Positions 26,631 to 34,427 of a stretch of DNA of 64,000 bases are shown here, piece after piece (within the stretch, counting starts at the first letter, position 1; each line of letters opens with the position of its first letter). This DNA is from a virus (Duplodnaviria; Heunggongvirae; Uroviricota; Caudoviricetes). The stretch spans positions 5,551 to 69,550 of the IMG/VR virus record IMGVR_UViG_3300045996_003062. One strand, given 5' to 3'. The notes beneath the pieces were generated by a model. The model worked only from the letters and a program-made list of their open reading frames with translations, ran no database searches and was not told the origin of the DNA. The position numbers and the translations under genes are program-made.

Positions 26631-27842
26631 ATGATCCGCACGACGAACGCCGCCCTGAAGCTCGACGAGGTGGACCGCACGGAGTTCAGCGTCTCAGCGC
26701 GCGACGGTCGGGTGCTGACCGCCCCGCGCAAGTCGAAGTTCCGGTGGCTCTCCGCGGAGTACGGCGCGCGCTCCCTGTTGACGGACGCTGCGGGCAACGT
26801 GGTGTCCGCCGGCTTCCCCAAGTTCTTCAACCTTGGGGAGGACGCGACGTACGACGCGAGCTTCCGCCAAGCCCTCAGCGCGGGGGCGGTGACGTTCACG
26901 GACAAGGCGGACGGGACGCTCGTCATCGTGGACCGCATCGACGGCGAGCCGCACTTCCGGACCCGAGGCAACCACGACCTCGGCGTGTTCAGTGAACCGG
27001 TGATGGCGCTGGTGCGCGAGCGCTACCCCGCCCTTCTGGAGTGGGCAACGCGGCGGACGATGGCGGACCACTGGAGCTTGTTGCTGGAGTACACGGCTCC
27101 GGACAACCGCATCGTCGTGGCCTACAGCGAAGCCCGCCTGACGCTCCTCGGCGCGGTGGACAAGCGGACGCTCAACCCGATCATCGACGCTGCCCCGCTG
27201 GCGATGGTGGCGAGCACGATCGGCGTCGGCATGGTCGGGGCGTACAACCGAGAGAGCGCCGAGGATCTACTCCGGTCCGTCCGCGGGTGGAAGGACGGCG
27301 AGGGTGTGGTCGCCCGGTGGCACGACCCCGATCTCGGCCCGTGTCTCCTGAAGGTGAAGAGCGACTGGTACGTCGCGCTCCACGCGCTGCGGTTCCGGCT
27401 CTCTGACGCGCGGCTCCGGAAGTTCTGCTTCCTACGCGGCATTCACACGGAGGGTGACTTCGTGGACGCGCTGGCGGAGATGGGATACGACTTCGAGGCG
27501 ATGGAGTTCTTCCGCCAGCCGTTCGCGGAGTACGCGCATCGCCGCGCTTCCCTGCTCTTCGCGTTCCGCCCCTTCGTCGGTGACGCATGCATGCGGGAGC
27601 AACCGGACGAAGGGCGCCGCGCGTTTGTGGAACGGACCCGTGCGTACATCGCACAATTTGATCTCCCGCCGGAGTTCTTCGGCGCGGTCATGTGCGTCGC
27701 CAACGGGAAGGACGAAGACGCGATGCTGGCGGTAGAGGCGCTGGCGCTGGAGGAGCCGGTCAACACCGTCCGGCAGTGGGTGAGGAACCGGGACGCCGAG
27801 CTGGCCGCCATCCTGAAGGCGGACGTGGGAGACGACGGATGA
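26631..27842 (+). CDS. ATP-dependent RNA ligase (nucleotidyltransferase superfamily)
   Basis: RBS GGAGAGG; motif I KADGT (FTDKADGTLVIV), motif V-like EGVVARWHD...LLKVK. Confidence 0.6.
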   Translation: MIRTTNAALKLDEVDRTEFSVSARDGRVLTAPRKSKFRWLSAEYGARSLLTDAAGNVVSAGFPKFFNLGEDATYDASFRQALSAGAVTFTDKADGTLVIVDRIDGEPHFRTRGNHDLGVFSEPVMALVRERYPALLEWATRRTMADHWSLLLEYTAPDNRIVVAYSEARLTLLGAVDKRTLNPIIDAAPLAMVASTIGVGMVGAYNRESAEDLLRSVRGWKDGEGVVARWHDPDLGPCLLKVKSDWYVALHALRFRLSDARLRKFCFLRGIHTEGDFVDALAEMGYDFEAMEFFRQPFAEYAHRRASLLFAFRPFVGDACMREQPDEGRRAFVERTRAYIAQFDLPPEFFGAVMCVANGKDEDAMLAVEALALEEPVNTVRQWVRNRDAELAAILKADVGDDG

Positions 27843-28093
27843 GCGCCGCCTTCACGTGTGCGGACTGCAACGTGTCGGGTACGAGCGTTCGCCTCTACCG
27901 CCCCTACGGGGAGTTCCTGCGTCCGGGGCGCATCCGGTGCCGGACGCACGTCCCGCCGGCTCTCGCCGAGTGCTACGTGCCCGCCATCCCCGACGGAAAC
28001 GGAGGTGCGTGGGGGTACACCAGTGCGCCCGAAGACGCGCTGGCCTCCTTCCGCGCCCTCCCTGACGCGTCGACCAACGAGGGGGCCGCTTGA
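27839..28093 (+). CDS. small Cys-rich protein
   Basis: ATGA overlap. Confidence 0.4.
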   Translation: MSAAFTCADCNVSGTSVRLYRPYGEFLRPGRIRCRTHVPPALAECYVPAIPDGNGGAWGYTSAPEDALASFRALPDASTNEGAA

Positions 28094-28497
28094 GCATCAG
28101 CTTCTTGGACATTGACACCGGCAACCACAGGTGGAAGCAGTCGCGAGAGAGAGTGGCGGAGATTCGGCGGTCGGCCGCGGTGGGGTTCATGGCTGGAGTG
28201 GCCGCAGCACTCGCCGCTATGGTCGCCGGCGCGGCCGTCGTCCGTCCCTACGTCGCCGCCCCCGCGGACCTGAGCGTCGCCGTCTTCGTCTGCAACTCGC
28301 TGGTGATCGCGGCTCTGGGCGCCCTGCTCCTCGCAGGGTACTTCCGAGGCCAGTGGGCGGGCCTCGGCGCCAACCTGTCGCGGGATGAGTGGACCGGCCA
28401 TCGGTACGCCGCGACCGACCGCCTCTCCCGGAGCTGGTTCCAAGTCGCCGCGTTCCTCGCCCTCGTCCACGTCTGGTTCCGCCTGGTGCTCCCGTGA
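28090..28497 (+). CDS. membrane protein (multi-TM)
   Basis: TTG/alternative start per track; 3-4 hydrophobic helices. Confidence 0.4.
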   Translation: MSISFLDIDTGNHRWKQSRERVAEIRRSAAVGFMAGVAAALAAMVAGAAVVRPYVAAPADLSVAVFVCNSLVIAALGALLLAGYFRGQWAGLGANLSRDEWTGHRYAATDRLSRSWFQVAAFLALVHVWFRLVLP

Positions 28498-28739
28498 GCG
28501 GCCGACCTCCGATCCCACTGCACAGCAGGGGTGTTCCTCCTGGCTTCGTGCAGGTGGAGGCGAGGTGCCCGGCCTGCATGACCCTGGTGCGGCTGGATAC
28601 GTCGTTGGAGGTAGCGGCTCACGTCGCCCGCTCCTTCGCGCCTACCCGCGTCGTCCACCGCGTCCCGTGCGAGAACCGGAAGTGCCCGACCGGGGGGTGG
28701 TTCGACGTACAAGCAAAGGCATACCGGAAAGCGGCTTGA
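28494..28739 (+). CDS. zinc-ribbon protein
   Basis: CPAC...CENRKC. Confidence 0.4.
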   Translation: MSGRPPIPLHSRGVPPGFVQVEARCPACMTLVRLDTSLEVAAHVARSFAPTRVVHRVPCENRKCPTGGWFDVQAKAYRKAA

Positions 28740-28771
28740 CGGTGTAGATTACGTGCAGATGGTGGACGTGC

Positions 28772-28830
28772 GCGGCTCAGTTGGTAGAGTGCCGAGAGGT
28801 TGCGGGTTCGAGGCCCGCCGCGTCCACCAA
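28772..28830 (+). pseudogene. truncated tRNA-like remnant with T-arm and encoded CCA, no anticodon arm
   Basis: GTGGACG...GCTCAGTTGGTAGAGTG...GCGGG-TTCGAGG-CCCGC-CGCGTCC-A-CCA; only about 58 nt. Confidence 0.3.
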
Positions 28831-28917
28831 GAGGGTGTAGGACCACAACCACACAGGCTCGCCTCCAATGGCCGGGGGCGGGCCTGTCGTGCTTCCAACC
28901 CACGAGAGAGGGCGCGG

Positions 28918-29244
28918 ATGGACATTGTCGGCGCGGTGGCGTTCGTCGTGGCCCTGTACGTCGTGATGGCTCGCCACACGATGCAGGCTTGGCCCAAGCC
29001 GTGGAACCTGTTCCGACGTACGTATCGCCGAGGCCACCTCCACTCCCTCGCGGAGGACGCGGCCTCGGGCCGCCTGACACCTAAGGCCGCCGTGGACGAG
29101 TACGACCGTCGGGTCGGGGCTGAGGCTGCGGCCTTCCTGGGGCATCGGGACTGTCCGATCGACACAATGTTCAACGCCGAGTGGAGGGCGGTGTGCGCTC
29201 TGCGCGGCTGGCAGTACCGCGCGCTGCGGCACACCGGATCATGA
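28918..29244 (+). CDS. membrane protein
   Basis: start moved to clear the tRNA-like remnant; TM helix IVGAVAFVVALYVVMA. Confidence 0.4.
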   Translation: MDIVGAVAFVVALYVVMARHTMQAWPKPWNLFRRTYRRGHLHSLAEDAASGRLTPKAAVDEYDRRVGAEAAAFLGHRDCPIDTMFNAEWRAVCALRGWQYRALRHTGS

Positions 29245-29403
29245 GCCCCGCCCGCCTCGGCGCGACTCTGACGGTGCTTGGCGCTGCCGCCGCCCTGCTG
29301 GGTCTGGGCTGGCGTATCGCCCTCCCGACGTACGACCGACCCCGAAGCACGCTGAACGGCGTGCGGGCTGCTGGACTCTGAACCTGAACGACTGGAGGCG
29401 ACG

Positions 29404-29622
29404 ATGAGCGTGTCATGCTCGAACGCTGGGACGGTGGCGGTGGACGTGGTGCACCTGAACGGATTCCCGCCCTACACCGTCGGCACCGGGACATGGGTCA
29501 CCACGCCCAAGCCTGCCCCCTCGCTCGCTGACGCTGCCGTTCTCGCCACCGCCGTCGCCGGCAACCCCGAGGCTGAGGCGGCCCTGAAGCGGGTGCTGGA
29601 CGCACTGGACGCAAGGCGCTGA
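29404..29622 (+). CDS. hypothetical protein
   Basis: track ORF; first gene of a coupled block. Confidence 0.4.
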   Translation: MSVSCSNAGTVAVDVVHLNGFPPYTVGTGTWVTTPKPAPSLADAAVLATAVAGNPEAEAALKRVLDALDARR

Positions 29623-30890
29623 TGCAGAGCGCCGCGAGCATGTACGACGCCGTCCTCTCTGCCCTGCAATCGCAGGTCGGTGCCGGCGTCATCGCCCTCT
29701 CCATCGTCGGCTCCGTCCTCGCCGCCTGCCGGAAGCTGCCGGGCCACCTCCTCCGGGCCGTCCAGCGGCAGTGCGTCGTCTCCGTGGACATCATCGGCGG
29801 CGACCCGCTCTACCGGATGCTGACGGAGTGGCTGGACGCCCAGCCCTACAGCCGCAAGACGCGGCTGCTGACGGCCAGCGCCCAGCCCGCCAGCGACAGC
29901 AACGGCCAGCGCACCAGCGTGCTCCTAACGCCGGCTCCCGGCCATCACCTGCTGTGGCACCGCGGCCGGCCCGTGTGGCTCAGCCGGGAGCGCAAGGAGA
30001 TGGACGGCGGAACGATGCCGGGGAGCGACTGGACCGGATACCGGGAGACGATCACGCTCCGCATGCTCGGCCGCAGCCAGACCGTCGCCCGCGCCATCCT
30101 GGAGGAAGCGGCTCATGTCGCCAGCCGCGCTGGTCGCAGGACGCGCGTCTACTTCTTCCGCTGGGGTGAGTGGGTGCCGCTGCGGGAGACGCCGCCCCGG
30201 GCGCTGGAGAGCGTGGTCCTCCCGGCTGGTGTGATGGAGCGCATGGTCAAGACGGCCAGCGACTTCCTCGCCCAGCGCGACTGGTACGAGGACCGCGGAC
30301 TCTCGTGGCGCATCGCCTACCTGCTGGAGGGCGACCCCGGCACGGGCAAGACGAGCACGGTCCGCGCCCTCGCCGGCCACCTCGGCATCGACCTGTACGT
30401 GGTGCCCATCACCGATCACGGGATGACGGACGGCCAGCTCGCCAACATGCTCAGCCGGATCCCGGAGCGGTCCATCGTCACGATGGAAGACATCGACTGC
30501 GCGGTGGACGGCCGACGGGTGACGGGCGAGGCGGGAGGCGTGTCGTTCGCCGGGCTGCTCAACGCGCTCGACGGCGCCGCCTCCCGGGACGGGATCATCA
30601 CCGTCCTCACGACGAACCACGCCGAGCGGCTGGACCCGGCGCTGATCCGACCTGGCCGCGTCGACCACCGCGTCACGTTCGGACCGGCGACGAGCGAGCA
30701 GTCCGCCCGCCTCTTCGCTCGGTTCTTCGAGCGCCCCGTGGACGCGACCGCCGTGGCGTTCGGTGCGGCGACGGCGGGCCGGACCACGGCTGACATCCAG
30801 GGGCTGCTGATGGACCACCGGGACAGCCCGCACCGCGCGCTCGCCGCGGCCCGGCCACCTCGCACCGCCCGTCTCGCAGGAGCGGCCTGA
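29622..30890 (+). CDS. membrane-anchored AAA+ ATPase, BCS1-like
   Basis: N-terminal TM; Walker A GDPGTGKTS; Walker B MEDID; second region of homology TNHAERLDPALIRPGRVDHRV. Confidence 0.7.
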   Translation: MQSAASMYDAVLSALQSQVGAGVIALSIVGSVLAACRKLPGHLLRAVQRQCVVSVDIIGGDPLYRMLTEWLDAQPYSRKTRLLTASAQPASDSNGQRTSVLLTPAPGHHLLWHRGRPVWLSRERKEMDGGTMPGSDWTGYRETITLRMLGRSQTVARAILEEAAHVASRAGRRTRVYFFRWGEWVPLRETPPRALESVVLPAGVMERMVKTASDFLAQRDWYEDRGLSWRIAYLLEGDPGTGKTSTVRALAGHLGIDLYVVPITDHGMTDGQLANMLSRIPERSIVTMEDIDCAVDGRRVTGEAGGVSFAGLLNALDGAASRDGIITVLTTNHAERLDPALIRPGRVDHRVTFGPATSEQSARLFARFFERPVDATAVAFGAATAGRTTADIQGLLMDHRDSPHRALAAARPPRTARLAGAA

Positions 30891-31150
30891 TGCGCTGGGT
30901 GACGAGGCCTCGCTACGTGGAGGGCGCCGTCTGGAACGGCGAGGCCCACCCGGCGATCTCCCGCGTCGTCCGAGACGGGAGGGAGGAGCACGTCATCCAC
31001 ACGCCGACCGGCTACACCGTCGTCCACCCCGGCGACGTCGTGTACCAGGACCACCGCGGCCACTGGAACGCCATCATGGTGGAGACGTTCCTCCGCCTGT
31101 ACGAACCGGCACCTGACGCCGACGACACCCCCGAGCGGGAGGCAGCATGA
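30890..31150 (+). CDS. hypothetical protein
   Basis: ATGA overlap. Confidence 0.4.
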   Translation: MRWVTRPRYVEGAVWNGEAHPAISRVVRDGREEHVIHTPTGYTVVHPGDVVYQDHRGHWNAIMVETFLRLYEPAPDADDTPEREAA

Positions 31151-31356
31151 CCACCGAGACCCGGCTGTTGCAGGCTTGCCCCCACGTGGCCGACGGCACG
31201 TGCGGGCCCTGCTGCCCGACCTGCGGAGGGAGCCGCACGGCCGCCGCGTACGACCCGCACCGCGCCGCCCTCGCCGTCCGGGAGCGCGCTGAGGCCGCGG
31301 GCTACCTGACGCTGTGCGTCGACGTCCAGTATCCCGGGTGGGAGGTGACGACGTGA
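31147..31356 (+). CDS. small Cys-rich protein
   Basis: CPHVADGTCGPCCPTCGG. Confidence 0.4.
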   Translation: MTTETRLLQACPHVADGTCGPCCPTCGGSRTAAAYDPHRAALAVRERAEAAGYLTLCVDVQYPGWEVTT

Positions 31357-31736
31357 CGCCGGGTGAGTGGGCGCCTCTCCTCGGCTTCGTGGCGTGGCTC
31401 TGCCTCTGGAGCTGGACGATGCGCTACGTCCTCCGTCGGGTCGACGCTGTCCATGCGGAGGCCACGCGCGCCGCGAAGGAGCGTGGGCGGGTCGCACGGG
31501 CTGAGGCCGTAGCGTGGGACTGGTCTGCCCACCCCGACGGCCCGTCCGAGCCCTGCTTCCGGTGTGCCGGCACCGGCGGTCCCGCCTGCCGTGAATGCGG
31601 CGGAGAAGGCGTGACGTACCGGCTGGCGCGCTGCCGTGCCGTCCTTGATCGCGTCCGAGAAGCACTCCGGGTGCCGGAGGGCGAGAGCGTGGTCGACTTC
31701 GCACGACGGCTCCGCCAACAGACCGCGGAAGGGTAG
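31353..31736 (+). CDS. membrane protein with DnaJ-type zinc finger
   Basis: TM LLGFVAWLCLWSW; CFRCAGTGGPACRECGGEG. Confidence 0.45.
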   Translation: MTPGEWAPLLGFVAWLCLWSWTMRYVLRRVDAVHAEATRAAKERGRVARAEAVAWDWSAHPDGPSEPCFRCAGTGGPACRECGGEGVTYRLARCRAVLDRVREALRVPEGESVVDFARRLRQQTAEG

Positions 31737-32267
31737 ATGCAAGCCCTCGTCGACTTCCTCATCCGCAACCTCGCCCGCATGTGGCCGGTCCGCAGGGTCA
31801 ACCCGTGGAACGGAGCCATGCTGGTGCGCGGCGGTAAGATGCGAGGGGCGCTGGAGCCGGGCCTACACTGGTGCTGGCCGTTCCTGGACGAGGTCTTCCT
31901 CGTGATCTCGACCGAACAAGCCATCGACCTGCCCGCGGGCACTGCCATCACGACGGACGGTGTGTCGTTCGCCTACTCTGCGAACCTCACCTACAAGGTC
32001 ACCGATGCGCCGCGCAATTGGTCAACGGTCTACAACCCCGACGCCAGCATCCGCAACCTCGCGTTCGGCATCCTCTCCCGCTCCCTCGCAGCCCACACTT
32101 GGGACGAGCTAAGGGAGAGGCGCACTTCCATCGAGGCCGCGGCCCTCGCCGCGATCGGTGCGGAGGTCAGCGCCTGGGGCGTGGCGACCACACGGCTTCA
32201 GGTGACGGACCTCACCACCGTCCGTGCGCTCAAGCTGTTCGGCGACGGCCCGGCGAAGGCCGCATGA
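31737..32267 (+). CDS. SPFH/band-7 (stomatin/HflC-like) domain protein
   Basis: SPFH-like core VRRVNPWNGAMLVRGGKMRGALEPGLHWCWPFLDEV...TTDGVSFAYSANLTYKVTD. Confidence 0.55.
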   Translation: MQALVDFLIRNLARMWPVRRVNPWNGAMLVRGGKMRGALEPGLHWCWPFLDEVFLVISTEQAIDLPAGTAITTDGVSFAYSANLTYKVTDAPRNWSTVYNPDASIRNLAFGILSRSLAAHTWDELRERRTSIEAAALAAIGAEVSAWGVATTRLQVTDLTTVRALKLFGDGPAKAA

Positions 32268-32527
32268 CCGCGACCCCCGCCCGCTGCTGCGCCACTGCGC
32301 CGAGCGTACGCGCCCACGCCAGCGGCGGGGTCACTCGCTTCGAGGAGGACGATCACCGGCGCTGCCGCACACCGGTAGGTATCCTCCCCGCAGGCTACAC
32401 GCCCACTCGGGTGGTCATGCACTTCCACGAGGTCGCCACGAGGGACGGTGCCGTCGGGTTCTACTGCAAGCGGTGCAACCGGATCACGGAGTACAGCGCC
32501 ACCACTCCCACGAAGGCGGCTGCATGA
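32264..32527 (+). CDS. small Cys protein
   Basis: ATGA overlap. Confidence 0.4.
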   Translation: MTATPARCCATAPSVRAHASGGVTRFEEDDHRRCRTPVGILPAGYTPTRVVMHFHEVATRDGAVGFYCKRCNRITEYSATTPTKAAA

Positions 32528-33360
32528 GAATCAGCATCACGGCCATGGCCGCAGAGGTGAAGTCCGTCCTCCGTGGGTTCGAGAGCCAGGTGCCGTTCGC
32601 GGCCGCGCGGGCGATCAACCAGACGGCGCTCGACGCGCAGGACGCGCAGCGCAAGCACCAGCACGTCGTCTTCACCTTCCGCCGCCCCGCGTCGCAGAAC
32701 TTCGGCGACAAGGCGGTGAAGCTCAAGCCGTTCGCCACCAAGGCGCGCCTTGAAGCCGTCATCGCCATGGACGGACCAGCGGGCGCCTCGAAGGACGACC
32801 TCTTCACGAAGTTCGAGCGCGGCGGGAAGAAGCGCAGCCGGAAGCCCGGCGGCCGACTCGCCATCCCCAACATCCGGGAAGCTCGCACCTCCAGGTCCGA
32901 CAACAGCCGCCGCAACAAGCGGCCGAAGGATTTCAACTTCACGGAGGTCGTCCCCCGCGGCGGCGGGTTCAAGGGCCACGTCGCCCGCCAGGCCAACCGC
33001 AACGGCCGCGTCCGCGTGTTCCGCGGGAAGGGCCGCACCTTCATGATCCAGAACCCCGACGGCACCGGCGGCATCTTCCTCCGCATGGGCCGCCGCTCTG
33101 GAGGGAAGCGCAAGAAGGGAGGGCGCGCCCGGCTCGCCTCGAACCTCAGCACCCGGAAGGTGTTCGACACGAACATCCAGACGCTCTACCGCTTCACCAA
33201 GGAGGCGCCCATCGACAACCGCCTCCAGTTCGAGACGACCATCACCGGCTCGGTGCGAGCCGTGTTCAAGCGCCACTTCGAGGTACAGCTCGGCGAGGCG
33301 ATCAAGACCAGCAAGGAACGCTCGGCGGCGCACCGAGCGAGGCGGAGGGCGGCCCAGTGA
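32524..33360 (+). CDS. basic hypothetical protein
   Basis: ATGA overlap; very Lys/Arg-rich middle. Confidence 0.45.
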   Translation: MRISITAMAAEVKSVLRGFESQVPFAAARAINQTALDAQDAQRKHQHVVFTFRRPASQNFGDKAVKLKPFATKARLEAVIAMDGPAGASKDDLFTKFERGGKKRSRKPGGRLAIPNIREARTSRSDNSRRNKRPKDFNFTEVVPRGGGFKGHVARQANRNGRVRVFRGKGRTFMIQNPDGTGGIFLRMGRRSGGKRKKGGRARLASNLSTRKVFDTNIQTLYRFTKEAPIDNRLQFETTITGSVRAVFKRHFEVQLGEAIKTSKERSAAHRARRRAAQ

Positions 33361-33647
33361 CGGCCGAGACCGTCGCGTGGGTCATGGTGGTCGCCCTCTC
33401 AATCCTCGCAGGCTCGGCGTGGTACAGCGCTGTGGTGTGGATGCGGAAGGCCAAGAGGGCCGAGCAGGCCGCTCTCGATGCGGAGCGCCGCACTGCGATG
33501 GTCGCCGCAGTCGGAGCCCGCGCTCTCGCCGCAGCGTCGGCCGGCTTGACAGCGGCCCAGGACGCGATCGACCGGATAAACGCTCAGGCGGAGCAGTCGA
33601 ACACGGAGGCGTGGGTGCACGTGGCGAAGCTGACACCGCCGTGCTGA
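33357..33647 (+). CDS. membrane protein
   Basis: TM VAWVMVVALSILAGSAWYSAVVW. Confidence 0.4.
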   Translation: MTAETVAWVMVVALSILAGSAWYSAVVWMRKAKRAEQAALDAERRTAMVAAVGARALAAASAGLTAAQDAIDRINAQAEQSNTEAWVHVAKLTPPC

Positions 33648-33863
33648 GCCGCCAACGGCAAGAAAGCCCCCGGCAATTACGCCACTTCCGGCGCCCCGGC
33701 CAGGCTTCGGAGGGGGCTGTGTCAACCAAAGAGGAGGGGTCCCTCCTGGGTGCCATATGGCGGGAAACGCGCGAGTTTCGTGACGTTGTAGCGTCCCACT
33801 CACCAGAAACTCACTTCCGCTTCCTCTCCGGCACCCGGACGATCCGGCATAGGATCAAGCCAT

Positions 33864-34427
33864 ATGAAGGCAGAAACCCCAGGAAAGAGCGGAAGTCGGC
33901 AGCCGATTCCCGACTTCCTGAACCAGATCCAAGTGGCCGACCTCCTTGGCGTCTCGGACCGACAGGTCCGGAATCTGGAGGCGAAAGGCCTACCGTGGGA
34001 TGAGACGAGCGGCGAAAAGCTATACCCGAAGCGGGCTTGTCAGGCATGGTATGTCCGTTTCAAGCAGGAGGAGGCGCTGTCCCGCGTGGAGCGGAACACC
34101 GACGCGGACCTCAGCGACGCGGAGCGGCGGAAGGCTATGGCCGAGGCACGCCTCGCGGAAATCAAGGTCGCGCGCGAAGAGGGCTCCGTTATTCCACTGG
34201 ATGTCCACGTCTCGGTGGTGGGCGAGTTGTGCGACCGGCTCATGGCGGCGTGCACGGGCGTGCGCGGCGACTTCGAGCTGGACATGGAAGCGGCCGGCGT
34301 GCCGCCCGCGGAGGCGGAGCGGATCCTCGACAGCATAACGGAGCGCCTGACGCTCCTCCTCCGAAACGCGGCGGGCGAGTTGGAGACGGACGACGAGAGG
34401 GAAGGGCCGGGGTCGGATGGAGATTGA
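33864..34427 (+). CDS. terminase small subunit (HTH N-terminus)
   Basis: IQVADLLGVSDRQVRNLEAKGLP HTH; overlaps TerL start. Confidence 0.6.
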   Translation: MKAETPGKSGSRQPIPDFLNQIQVADLLGVSDRQVRNLEAKGLPWDETSGEKLYPKRACQAWYVRFKQEEALSRVERNTDADLSDAERRKAMAEARLAEIKVAREEGSVIPLDVHVSVVGELCDRLMAACTGVRGDFELDMEAAGVPPAEAERILDSITERLTLLLRNAAGELETDDEREGPGSDGD

